A stretch of DNA of 27,495 nucleotides from Vicugna vicugna (lineage: Eukaryota). The number at the start of each line of letters is the position of its first letter. The first letter of the stretch is position 1. Positions 10,833 through 22,169 of this stretch are shown here, in pieces. Under the pieces are notes generated by a model. It made no database searches. It saw only the letters and a list, made by a program, of their open reading frames with translations, and was not told the DNA's origin. A program made the position numbers and the translations under genes. The stretch covers positions 5,831,050 to 5,858,544 of the forward strand of contig MU058781.1 of the NCBI GenBank assembly GCA_013265495.1. Direction: 5' to 3'.

Positions 10833-11399
10833 CTAGGAGATGACAGAACTGCCGAGGAGGTGTGTCTGCTTTTCCTTTACTACATCCAGCCATTACAAGA
10901 GGCTCCTCAATCACCTTCCATCTGCTTCTTGAATCATTTCATCAGCATCACCCAACACATCACTCCAAGTACAAGACCCTCTCCCAGCAAATCTCCTACC
11001 ACTAAAAGGACAGACACTGTGACTCGACTCCGCTGGACCAACTTGTGGGAACAGGCCAAAGAGAGGGGAAGAAGAAACAAGAACAGGTGGAAGCAGGGCT
11101 CCACACACAGGGAGCCACATATTCCAACCAGGGAAGAACCGATCATTCTGAGCAAAGATGTTAACGAGCCCTGCAACCAGAAATGACCACACTAAAACAA
11201 CAGAGATCTTAATTAATTTTTTTCCTCCAGCAATATTAGCACTAATGATCACAAAATCTTCAACAGCAGTATAAGGAAAGATAAAGACACAATCACACAC
11301 CCTTGGTACAGCCTCAGTAGAGACATGCACTAGACTGTCTGTTCAGCATCCGTTTTTCTGGAAATTGCCGATCCACACAGGTGGGAGCAGTGCTGTTCA

Positions 11400-11613
11400 T
11401 ACTACGTGACTCAAACTCCAGATATGCCATGGATTGTCAATTTGGGTTTTCGGTTTGTTTGTTTTGTTTTGTCTTCCAGCACCTAAGGCCCAGCTGCCCC
11501 ATCCTTCTTTAAAATCCGTGAAACACCCTCTTGTCCTTATCAAAATCCCCCTTTCTTTGAGCTGCCTCTGGTGAGTTTCCCTTCCTGGTAATAAAAGGAG
11601 TACTAATCAATAT
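11400..11613 (+). mobile_element. Old ERVL/MaLR-type LTR 3' portion (5' boundary uncertain, may extend to ~10980)
   Basis: 'aaaatccccctttctttgagctgcctctggtgagtttcccttcctggtaataaaaggagtactaatcaatata' resembles MLT1/LTR33-type 3' ends. Confidence 0.55.
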
Positions 11614-11913
11614 AACCATACTTCAAACACAAACAGAAAAGCAGTAAGATTTTCTTTAAAAATCTGGTATTAAGAAAAATGTTTGTCAATGTTGTCTGCT
11701 GAGAGCCTTTATAACACCCTAGTGGAAAAGGCAATTTAAAAAAATCCTAACCCTTTATTAGATATGATCAAGGTGAGGGTGAGAACCCCCTGAGAGGGTG
11801 CCTGCCATGTTTCTCCTGTCCTGTGAGCCATGTCCCTGCTGGACTGGATCTTAGCGGTCCTCCTACAGGGGAAACTTCCTTCCAACCATGGGCATTTCTG
11901 CAGCTCTCTCTAA

Positions 11914-12000
11914 CATTCATTAATTCATTCAATAAGCATGTAAGCACCTCTGTATTTTGTGATTCTCTTGCTGGGGGTCAGAAGCAAACAAGAGATCTTC
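11914..12000 (-). mobile_element. LINE-2 3' terminus
   Basis: 'cattcattaattcattcaataagcatgtaagcacctctgt'. Confidence 0.65.
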
Positions 12001-12774
12001 TTTAGGCTAATGTTGTTGAGGCCAATTTACAGACTCAGTCTCATCACTCAGCAGCGTACCTCACGTACAGATAAAGAAACCCAAGGGCCTAAGTGAGTGG
12101 ATGACAGCGTGGGCAAAAGGTATCCACAAACGTACGCTGAACTACTGAGTAGGCTGATCCCCAGGGCATTCGTTAGACAAAAGTTGATAAAAGCAATCAT
12201 GACAATGCACACAGGTACAGAGAACCTAGTTCTCCAAGCACTACGATTACCAGGGTATTAGACGTGCATCTGGAACCTGCACCTGAGAAAATAAGCAATG
12301 ATCATACCCCTAAAACTCTGACATTAAAGTAATGCATTATTAAAAATGAGCTGCTTAAGGTAAAAAAAAAAAAAAAAAAGCTGCCTAGGTAGTAAACGAA
12401 CATTTGAAGAGTTCCTGAAATCAGAAACACTAGAAATGAGAAGTAAGGAGCTAGCGGTACTTGTCAGAAGATATGAAGAAGACATGGCAATAAAAGGGAT
12501 CTGTTCATAGAATGATTCGAAATACAAAATGGTCAGACTGATACTTAGAAGGGTGACTATTAATAGAAATAATATGAGAGGTCTCATTATGCAAATGGCT
12601 TATATGCCCGCCAGCCATGCACCCAGCAGTAATTTGCATTTTTGCTGCAGCAGAAATGTCAAGGGTTTCTCTCGCTGAGTTATGAGGGGCCCTTTCATTG
12701 GTATACCACAGCTTTTATGATCACAATAAAAAAGACCACCTGTGCTCTTAGTTGCTCTTCGATATCAATAACTC

Positions 12775-12995
12775 TCAGATGATAGTAATACTGAGGTCCT
12801 CTGATGTGCCGGGCACTGTGCTGAGTGCCTTACGTGCATGTGCAGCAGGTCTGTCAAGGCACATCATTATCACCACCTTACTACTCAGAGAATGACGTCA
12901 CCTGCCCAGGATCTCATACTTATTAACAAGTGTAGGCTAGATTTGAATTCTTGTCTCTCTCCTGGACCTCTAGCCATGCTTCTTCCCACTGCCAT
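12775..12995 (-). mobile_element. MIR SINE
   Basis: 'atgtgccgggcactgtgctgagtgccttac', 'cacctgcccaggatctcatac', 'ggctagatttgaattc'. Confidence 0.82.
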
Positions 12996-13589
12996 GAATA
13001 TCAAATGGTCCAAGCTCTGGAGATACCATAACCATGATGCTTCAGATGGTAGACAGTGCCCTTGTAGTCAGAAATGGGTCTAGAAAGATGGGCACCCCTC
13101 ATCACCCCTGTGTGTGAACCTCAAGATCCATGGATGTTGGCACCACACTCTGGTTGGGTCGTGAGGTGGCGCTGAGCACTCAAATCACACAGATGTCACA
13201 GGTCGAAATCCCGGATCCCTCCAAAGCTACATCATCTGTCCCACATCTATCCTGGAGGTCACACTGAACATCGTATCACCTCTGAAGTCAACTGGATTCC
13301 CTCCTCACCACGCTACAGTCAGATCCTTGGTTTCAGGCTCCATGTTTCTACAGGACACTCCCTGCCTTAGTTCTCAGTTATTAAAATCAGAGTCCTGAAA
13401 TCCCAAGGTGACTGTAAAACTCTTATCTTAGCACAAAACTTCAACAGAATGGCCAATCCGTAACAGTTTTCTTTGATACCTTTACTTGTCTCCCACACAC
13501 GTCCTCAGAGGAATTTTTCAATTCTCCATGAAATAATCAAAACTTGACATCAAAAGGAAAGAGGAAGAGAAAAGCTCTGACACTTGAAA

Positions 13590-13790
13590 GTAGAGTGTGA
13601 GTTTACAGCAGAGCTGGCTTCCAGTCCTTGTTCTATATATTACATGGTAGCTATTAATCTTATTACTTAACCTTTGTCCTGTATCATCTGCAAAACAAAG
13701 GCAATAATGCTCATCTCCTGGGGTGGTTATAGGAGGTTACAGGTAATAGGAGGTTACAGGTAATGCTCCGCGTGGGGTGCCTGGGCCAGG
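13590..13790 (+). mobile_element. MIR SINE carrying an internal 17-bp duplication
   Basis: 'ttacttaacctttgtcctgtatcatctgcaaaacaaaggcaataatgctcatctcctggggtggttataggagg'. Confidence 0.75.
13731..13764. repeat. Perfect 17-bp tandem duplication (aggaggttacaggtaat)x2
   Basis: Copies at 13731-13747 and 13748-13764 are identical. Confidence 0.97.
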
Positions 13791-15654
13791 GTTAGCCTCC
13801 TCCATTCTCTGAAGTGCATTTCCTTTATCCACTCTTCTTCCCTCTCTGCCTCCTCACATAACCCCCAGCCCCTGGCCTGTGTCTCACAGGCTGGAGGCAT
13901 CCCTCCTGAGGCAACGGGAGAGGGACTGAGTCAGGCTCGTCACCCCCTAAGGGTGGCCTGCAAAACCGGCTCCCCTGTCACACCATCACACAGCCACACA
14001 CACACACAGAGCCATTAAGAGGATGTGACTTGGCGACATGCACGACAGCCTGATAAATTAAGGTAGAAGGTAAATGCTAGTTACACTATGATCTCCATGA
14101 GCTTGGAGGGCAGAAGGAAGACACTGAGTTTTTGCTCTCCACAGCTCCGATCTGAATTCCTACAGGCAAGATTTCTGTCAATGACCCAGAACCACTTAAG
14201 CTTCCAGGGAGCCGAGCAACAAAGCAGAGCAAGACCAGATAATGAAGCCTGCAAATGGGGGCTTAAGGAGGCAGTAAGGGTCCCACAGTCAGAGGTGGTG
14301 GCCCCAGTGCTGCATTCACAGCGCTCCAAAAGGCAGGATGGGCGTGAAGAAAAACAAAAACCAAGAGTTACCATGTCAGCACTAGAGTTTCACAAATACC
14401 AACCTCTACAGAAACTAGAACATGTGAAATTGCTAGACCATCTGAAGTTTAAAGGAAAAGCACATATTTTCTTTAAAGTGGAAGATTGATGAAAACAGTC
14501 AATACGTTAAGTTCTCATTTTTGTCACCTTGTACTGATATATAGTCATTTGGCTATAAAGAAACATTTAAAAGAAATACAAGTAGCCCTGCTAACTTGGC
14601 TACTTCATAAGATTTCCTTGTTAGAAAGATTTAAGGCACTGCCATAAATCTTTTTCAAACAAGGAGGATTATAAACAAACTAATTAGTTAATTAATTAAT
14701 TAGACAAACAAACCCGCCATTGACAAGCCTGAGGAAATCCCTCCCAGTGCTTTTTTCTTTCTTTTTCCAGTTTTGGAGGGAAAAATTTTGGAAACAGACA
14801 TGACCTACTATATATACAATTCCTCACTTTAATGTTTTTCCCCCTCAAGTACCCACAAATCCAGGTCACCCCAGTTTGCTTCCAGGTCTTGTCCAAGTTT
14901 AAATCTCTTGCTCAGTGCTTACCATCTGGAGACTCCAGGGGCTGCCACTGTGTTCTGTGTCTCTCCCCGAGAGGCACTGGCATCACTGGCGTGTGTAACG
15001 TGGCTGCCGGGACATATTAGACTCGTCAGAAAAGGCAGATATTCCCCCGCTGTCCAGGGGGGTTGGAGCACGTGTGTCCTGAACAGCCTCCAGTGATTAC
15101 AGACCAAGGCTCAGGGCTAATTAATGGAAACTGAAGCAAGGACGGTGACAGCTCAAAGCCAGGGTGTGAAGCTCATGTCATCTGGTGGAGAGAACTCAGG
15201 GAGAAATCTCCTAAGGGCAGGACACTAATGCTTGCACTTTTTTGCTCTGCAGACTAACACATTTCTGTTGGAAACATGTCTTTACACCTTGAGAGATTTT
15301 ATAAGGTGTTGACCTGCTGCTAATTCGAGCAGTGCCTACACTACAGCTAACAAAGCCACTCCTCTCTTATCGGATTCTGACTGCCTGCTTGTCATCGTAG
15401 GAAGGGATGTTCTGCACTCCAAGTGAACAAACCTACTTGTTGTCCAGCTTCTGTATGTTCAGTCCTCACAAGCAATCAACTCCAGCCTCTTGGTCCTCCA
15501 CTTCGCACCATCATGACTCTTTCTTCCTATGAAAAACAGTTTCAACCACATTCTCCCTTAATTTCATCTAGGCCAATCCTGCCTAGTTCTGATACCCACG
15601 CAAGCAAAAGACTTAGCTCTGAGCTCCCAATAACACAGATGTCTCTAGTGAAAA

Positions 15655-15875
15655 CACGAATCCAACAGGCCTAATGTGTAACTTTGGGCAAGTTACGTCT
15701 TTCTGGGCCTCAGTTGCCTCATCTGTAGAAGGCAGATAAAAATAATCCCTGTATCAGAGAGCTGTTGTGAGAATAAAACCTTTATTTTTAATGTGTGTAT
15801 GTGTGTGGACACACAAACTTAGTGCTTGCAAGAGTACCTGGGTACACAGTAAGCACTCAGAACACATCTACTGCT
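15655..15875 (+). mobile_element. MIR SINE
   Basis: 'tgtgtaactttgggcaagttac..ctgggcctcagttgcctcatctgtagaa', 'gttgtgagaataaaa', 'cctgggtacacagtaagcactca'. Confidence 0.88.
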
Positions 15876-15914
15876 TTCAACAGCATGACTCTCATTACTG
15901 TTACTCTGTTACTC

Positions 15915-16080
15915 GTGCTAACATTTGCACTGGTCTTCACCACCTGATTACTAAACTCTTGAGAAGAGCTATTCTTACACACTCACCCAGAAACTGAGGA
16001 CGTGACAGAAGCGCAGTTAAGTGTTAACTAAACAACTAAGTGGCAACTTGGCAAAAACTTGGGCTTTTCAGACTCAACAT
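15915..16080 (-). mobile_element. MIR SINE fragment
   Basis: 'cagaaactgagg', 'caactaagtggca', 'cttgggcttttcagactcaa'. Confidence 0.6.
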
Positions 16081-16657
16081 ACACTGCTGATGACAAAAGC
16101 TCATTCATATGTGTGAGTTTAGCCAAGAACAAATACAACTGTATCTGATTCTTTAAGTAGGACAGTGGTATGGTAAGATGAATAAATACGTCTGAATCTG
16201 CAGAGAAATGAATTGTGAGAGGCTTCAGAACAAGAAAGAGAATCTACGGCAGGTCATGAACATCTCCAGAAGCATCTTGAAGATACGACTGAAGAAAAGG
16301 TGAGAAGGTGGCCAGGAAGCCAGCTCAGCACTGAGCACAAAGACGCAGCTAAACCTTCTGTGCTGGGGGAAGGGCAAGGAGCACAGCCGTGCAAGGAAAA
16401 TACAGTTCCTTGCAAGGTATTTTGCAGGTGCAAGTTAGTTACCCCAGGGCTCAACCCTACCCTCCGGCAGTGCTCAGTTCTCCCACTAAAAGTCACCTGC
16501 TCGTGGGGAGAGACATCCACCTGAATTTACACTGTGGGGATTTCTCACTTGTGTTCTAGACCACCGTCTACACGCCTGCCTCCCTTCCACCTGTTCCACT
16601 TCTGTTCGTACTGTGTTCATTTCCCCTTTAAGTCTGATGTCTCTTAATCTTCAGTGA

Positions 16658-16830
16658 CAGAATGTCCCAGGCAGAGGGAACCTTCAAGGATTATCCAGGC
16701 TATCACTGCCCTCCTCTAATAGAGAAGGAAAATTCTGGAGAGGTCAGTAATTTTCCAAAGGTCACAAAATTCGTGGCATAGGCAGGAACTGAGACCTAGA
16801 TTGTGTGACGACCTGCCTCCTCCCAAAGCA
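16658..16830 (-). mobile_element. MIR3/MIRc-like SINE
   Basis: 'cagaatgtcccaggcagagggaaccttcaaggattatccagg', 'gagaggtcagtaattttccaaaggtcacaaaa', 'ggcaggaactgagacctag'. Confidence 0.75.
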
Positions 16831-17869
16831 ATCCAGTTTCCAACTCCCAAGCATCCTGGCTGCTGGCTTCTCCCTCCTTCCAGCCCTTCACTGCGGCTGG
16901 TAACTCATCAAGGTAAGCTGTGTTGTCAAGCAGGCCACTGCAACAGGCCTCCTTGTTTTAGGAGGACAAAATACATTTGGCTGTTTCTACTCTGTGGTCA
17001 CTCTGCTCTGCATCTCACATGGGGACCTCCCACCCACACCAGCTGTCAGTCACCCTTAATCACATCTCCCTGAGATTTCTGACTAATAAGAAAGGTAAAT
17101 GGCTACTAAATCATATCACAAATTAATTTAAAAGCTTTTTTAGAGATAAATACTTTTTTTTTTTAAACAAGGGCTTATATTTTCCTAGGGTCCTTTCCTT
17201 CCAGGCCATCAGCAGGAAATGTCATACTTTGAATACCAGGTGCATTAAAAAGAACTACACTAAATTAGCTTTTACACCTAACAACAGACTGGGAACAATA
17301 AAAACACTCTCTGGAAAAGGAAGAAAGAAACTAATCTAGCACACCAGAAATCCACAGCTGCTTCTCAAGTCCAAGTTATCTGGACCAAGTGACTGCTTAG
17401 CAGGGAGAATTATTTACCTTCAAGTAACTGTGTCAAGTTAAGGGGAAAAAAAGTTTCACCAAATAGCCACTCAATTTCTCTTTAGGTGGCATGGGGACAA
17501 GAGAAGAAGCTACACAGCTCAATCTTACTAAACTCCTAAGAAACTCAAGATATACTGTCCAGGCAAGTGCCACTCTAGGCAAATGGCAAGCTGGGGGAGG
17601 GGGATTCCCAAAAGCATGTGAATCATAATTGTTAGTCATCAGTTTGGGAAATTTAGGACACAGTCACTGTCGGTTGAACATGTTATTATTTGCTAAATAT
17701 CCAAGATAAAATTTCTTTGGAAACAACCAAAGATAGTCAAGGGTCTGAACAGCCCCTTAATTCTCCTATTTTGTGGACTGGCAGATTCGCGGGAATTTCA
17801 TATACTGGTGTAAAGGAGAAATGAATATATTTAATTAAATGCACAGGCACATTTATACATCCTCCTAAT

Positions 17870-18072
17870 CAGAGGCAGATCAAGTTTGTGGCGTCTGAAG
17901 CTTAGAAAGTCAGGCAAGGGATGGAGGAGTGAGTATGGGGGCAGGGGAGGGTCTTTTAAAAAGAGTTCACAAAATTACCTGCATAAAATGAGATACCTGG
18001 CCTTAGAAGGAGCCTGTACAGGTGAGAGGCTTTGAAGCTGGAGTGGCATCAGGTTCGAGACAACCGCACCTG
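17870..18072 (-). mobile_element. MER53-like non-autonomous hAT DNA transposon (MITE)
   Basis: Termini 'cagaggcagatc' ... 'aaccgcacctg'; internal 'tttgtggcgtctgaagctta', 'caaaattac', 'ggccttagaaggagcctgtacaggtgagaggctttgaagct' are colinear with the reverse complement of the MER53 consensus as recalled. Confidence 0.8.
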
Positions 18073-18294
18073 GTCCATAACCATTCATGTGTGTGCATCA
18101 CAGGGTGGGGACGCCTGCAAATGGCCAAGTGCCATAGATTTCACGACAGTCCTCTTTGACATCAAGTGTTTCATAAATGCTTCCACCCACATTTCTGCTG
18201 AGTTCAGGTGGCCATGGCAGAAATGTTGACACAGTATGTTTTCAATGAGCTGTTAAATGAATTCCAGTACGTGGCTTTACAACGGTGTCAGGAA

Positions 18295-18583
18295 AACCTG
18301 TCGTGCACAGTAATTTATTAGGCAGTGAGGCAGTCTCTGGAAACCCATCTAAAGGTCCCTGACAGAGGATCTCAGATCAGCATCACCGTGTAACAAAACT
18401 CAGTGGTTACAATTAAATGTGGACAATGTGGGCAGGGACGGTGCCAAGTGGTCCAGCACAGGGTCCCCGAAATCAGCACGCTTAGGTGTGTGCTCAGGCA
18501 AGGCTGGGGAAAGTGCCATTTACAACCAACACCGCTCTGGAACCACGCCGGGAACCCGGTGCAGGGAGAGCCCTCCAGTACAT
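18295..18583 (-). other. Candidate 3'-terminal exon of an unidentified minus-strand gene
   Basis: Minus strand reads tttctctcttctcattttctcctgccaaaattcAG|ATGTACTGG (exon starts at 18583); AATAAA at 18319-18314; locally CpG-rich. No homology identified. Confidence 0.4.
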
Positions 18584-19559
18584 CTGAATTTTGGCAGGAG
18601 AAAATGAGAAGAGAGAAACATTCTCTGAGCACCTCAACTTTAAATCAATCCACAGAGCCTTTGCACCAGAAGCAAAAAGATGTACACTGAAAGAAGATTC
18701 GAGAATCACAGGCTTCCGGGATTTGGGGCCAATCTGACCTTCCCCCAGCAGAAAGTCATTACTGTTCCATCAGCTTGCAGGAAGCAGACTAGCCCCTTCC
18801 AGGCTTCCTTCCTTCAGGCTCCTGCAGCTCCAGGCTGCCAGTGGAGAGTGCCGCTTAGATCCGCAGCGTGGCTAGAATAGAAATCTGCAAATAACACCAT
18901 CCCTCTGACACGCCAACTCACTACTTTTAATTGTGGCTCATTAGAGATGTAAATAGAAGAAGAATTATGTTCACCTCTACTACAATTTCACTGCCGCAGT
19001 AAAATGACACTGCTTCTGCCTCTATGCGAAAAGAACTACTTCTGCTTTGCGTAATATCACCACGGGTGGAGGGCTAGGATTCACCCGTTTTCCAAAGCAG
19101 CCATCACATGTTTCTGCCGGCTGTCGGACAGAGGCAGGTAGATCGGACTAATTTAAAAATCAACCAAAAGAAGAAGAAAAGTCAGTCAAAAGACGGTGTC
19201 TAAAAATTCTGAACTCTTCCCAGTAGGCATTACAGAAATGCAAGCCTGCCTGCAGAAATTCTGCAAAGAATTCAGGCCAAATAGGGGCTAAGCCCAAAGT
19301 GAGGAAGAAGCTATGCCAAAGAGGGAACGTGAAACTACCTGACAGGAGTCTGATTTTTGTCTTAGAAATGTTATTTTCTTCAGTTACGAATGAGAAAAAA
19401 ATTTCTTCTATAGCTTCTGTTTACCCATATTCTTACGGACCCAGTTTCTTAAATCAGAATGACAATTGTATCTTATTGATGATTACTGTTACAATAAAGT
19501 ACTGAAAATACTTTTATCTTCACAAGAAAAGTATCTCTGAACCAGTGTTAAAAATTAAA

Positions 19560-19865
19560 TTAAGAACCAGCCACAAAAGGACAAATATCGTATAACTCCA
19601 GGTATAAGTGGTACCCAAAATAGGCAAACTCAGCAAGTAGAAAGCAGAGTAGAGGTTACTAGGCACGGGGGAGAGGGAGCAACAGGGAGTTAGTGTTTAA
19701 TAGGTACAGAGTTTCCGTCTGGGAAGATGAAAGAGCTCTGGAAGTGGACAGTGGTGACAGCTGCACAGTACCGTGAATGCACCTAATGCCACTGAACTGT
19801 TGTACCCTGAAAATTGGCTAACATGGCAAATTTTACGTTACATATACTCACTGCAATTAAAAAAC
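19560..19865 (+). mobile_element. L1MB-type LINE-1 3' end
   Basis: 'ccagccacaaaaggacaaatatcgtata', 'gaaagcagagtagaggttactagg', 'gggagttagtgtttaataggtacagagtttc', 'ctaatgccactgaactgt'; homologous to 6581-6895. Confidence 0.92.
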
Positions 19866-20794
19866 ATAGACATTTAAAAATCAAATTTAGGGCACTTTCA
19901 GAGTGGGGTGCTGGATTGATGGCAGGGTTCCTAAAAACAGAGTGCTGCTGGCTCTGACTCTCCCACGTGGGTGACGGTCGTGCAGGTGAGGGAAGGCGTG
20001 AGACCAAGGTGGATGCTCACCAAGGAACAGAGGCCACCATGTCCACAGCTGCAGGTGAGCTAAGCCTCTGAACGCCGGCGCCAGCCCAGGTGCCAAATAC
20101 CTACAAGGCCTGATTTAAATGCACTAAACTGGTAGTTTGGAAGCTCTTACTGCAGATCAATTTCATAGAGCAGATGACTGCTCCAAAATTTGTCATGTTA
20201 ATAAATTTGGGTTGAATTTACATAGTATGTGCTTGTAGGGTCACTGGCCATGACCTTGGATGGTTGGAGTTGAACTTCCCCTTTCACTCAATGTCATTCC
20301 AAATTCCAGGCAGCATTTGGAAGCTCACGCTGCTCTGTGCCAGTTGCTAAGCATTTTTTAGTATAATAACTTTGGTTTCAATCAGATGGAAGAAGCAAAA
20401 GATCTCAGGTTCTTGCAACAGGGGTTCTTGCACTCACTCCCAAACTCTATTTTACTATGAAGAGCAGGTTCACTCTGCAGGCCTACCCAACACATGACCC
20501 CAGGCTCTTACACAACTGGCCAATTTGATAGGCTCCTAGAAATGGCCACCTGCCAGCAGGGTCGTTGAGAAGGATGCTGGTCCTGAGAACAGCTGAAAAG
20601 AATTTCTTTCCCATCAACCTCCACAAAGTAGATCAGGTCCTTCCAGGGCCTGAGTTTCTCTGAAAGCAGCAGAGTGCTAGTCAAGTGGCCTTAAACCAGT
20701 GGAAGAAACAACCCTAGTGGAGACTGGAAATCAGAAGTGGTTCAACAGAGGTCAGGGGTGACCGCAGAGGACAGGCAAGGGGTCAGGGATTCCA

Positions 20795-20955
20795 GGGTCT
20801 GAATCCAAGATTTTTTCCTATAAGCTGTGTGATATTCATCAGCACCAATTATCTCATCCATTATAGTAACATGCAGTTTGAATGGAAAAGTCATACTCAG
20901 TATCTTTACATTTTTTATGAGGATCAAATGAGATGAAACATGTACAGGCACAAAG
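20795..20955 (+). mobile_element. MIR SINE fragment
   Basis: 'gtctgaatcc', 'taagctgtgtga', 'tgaggatcaaatgagatgaaacatgta'. Confidence 0.65.
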
Positions 20956-21124
20956 AAGCCCCCTCCTCCCGAGGAGGCTTTTGAAAAGAGATCCCACCAG
21001 CGTTTGTGGAGCGTTCACCATGCTGAAGCAACAGTGCCATTCCTTGTGGGAAACAAGGGGCGTGTAAGACGTGTCTTTAATTTGCGGAACTTTTAGAGTC
21101 TAGTAGCAGATAAGTAAATTTCTG

Positions 21125-21645
21125 CTAAGTCTGATCGTGACCCTCTTTCATTCCAAAACCTTCAATGGCTCTCCACCACTTAAGAAAAAAATTCCAACCC
21201 TTCACATGGGGTTTATTCAACTGTTCACCTGTGAAATGGGGATGACTGTTGCACGGAGTTGCGACCAAAGCTAATTTACATAAAGCACTGATCCCGGAAA
21301 TCTGGTGTAAGGTGGCTATTCAATTAGTAATCCACATTAACAATCATCATCATCACCCTCGTGATTAAATCAACCTCTTCCCTCCTAATCTCATCATTCC
21401 ACTTCACACACCTCATACTGGACCTCCAGCTGTCGTCCCCAGGTTCCTCCTGCACACACGGCCCCCTCCCTCCTCACCTCTGTCACTCGCCGTCCTGTCC
21501 GGAGCACCTTGCTCCCATCTCTGCCAGGATCCTAGCCAAGCTTCAACGTCTAGCTCAAAACGCCTCCTCGGTGTCCTCATTGCTCCCTCACTAGACCCAA
21601 CCCCTCACTCCTTCGTGTTCCCGCAGCATTTCCTCACATTTCCCT
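21125..21645 (+). mobile_element. LINE-2 fragment interrupted by a MIR piece
   Basis: 'ccaaaaccttcaatggctctccaccacttaagaaaaaaattccaaccc' followed by a C-rich L2 body including 'tctagctcaaaacgcctcctc'. Confidence 0.75.
21220..21335 (+). mobile_element. MIR 3' fragment nested in L2
   Basis: 'ttcacctgtgaaatggggatga', 'cataaagcactg'. Confidence 0.6.
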
Positions 21646-21749
21646 GAGTATAAATTCATAAACTCAGTTTGAAGGAAAGCAAAGGCTGGAGGAATGTTAT
21701 TACAAACTCAGGGACCGTCTCACTGAATACCATGAGAGTGGCATGCTCA

Positions 21750-21960
21750 TAACAGCTGACGTTTTACGGAAGCTTTCTGTGCATCAACTCATTTAGTTCT
21801 CACGACTCTGCTAGACGCTGCTCTATTTTCCTACATCATGGATGGATAAACCAAGACCCAGAGAGGTTAAGCAACTTGCTCAACATTACACAGCCAATGG
21901 GGATGCTTTGTATTCTAATCCAGAAGTTTGCCTCAAGAACGTATGCTCTTAAACTGCATT
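21750..21960 (-). mobile_element. MIR SINE
   Basis: 'catcaactcatttagttctcac', 'aaaccaagacccagagaggttaagcaacttgctcaacattacacagc', 'tgctcttaa'. Confidence 0.87.
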
Positions 21961-22169
21961 TTATTGCTTCCCAACAGTATTGTAACAATTTATTATGTAC
22001 TATTAAAAAAAATCTATGGTGACTGTGATCGGCTCTCTCAGGGCTACATTTTAAACCTTAAGAGCCGTCAGGGTATCCTGTTCTGGGTTTAGATCCTGAA
22101 AGTCTCAGCAAGAGTGTTCTTCTCCTTTGCAGACTCCTTACTAGAGGTGACTACAGCTTACAGACACAT

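Noticed and set aside
10860..11330. Overlapping 108-139 aa ORFs next to LTR 2, considered as gag or env
   Set aside because: The LTR is closed by a TSD with no primer-binding site after it, and the peptides show no retroviral motifs
14088..14489. 133-aa plus-strand ORF with ATG start
   Set aside because: No recognisable domain, weak Kozak context, no promoter or splice support; length is compatible with chance in 27 kb
16253..16305. Possible plus-strand mini-exon ending AAG|GTGAGA
   Set aside because: The donor is good, but the upstream AG has a purine-rich rather than pyrimidine-rich tract
20956..20982. GC-rich hairpin followed by TTTT resembling a rho-independent terminator
   Set aside because: Eukaryotic DNA with no upstream gene; short hairpins of this size occur by chance
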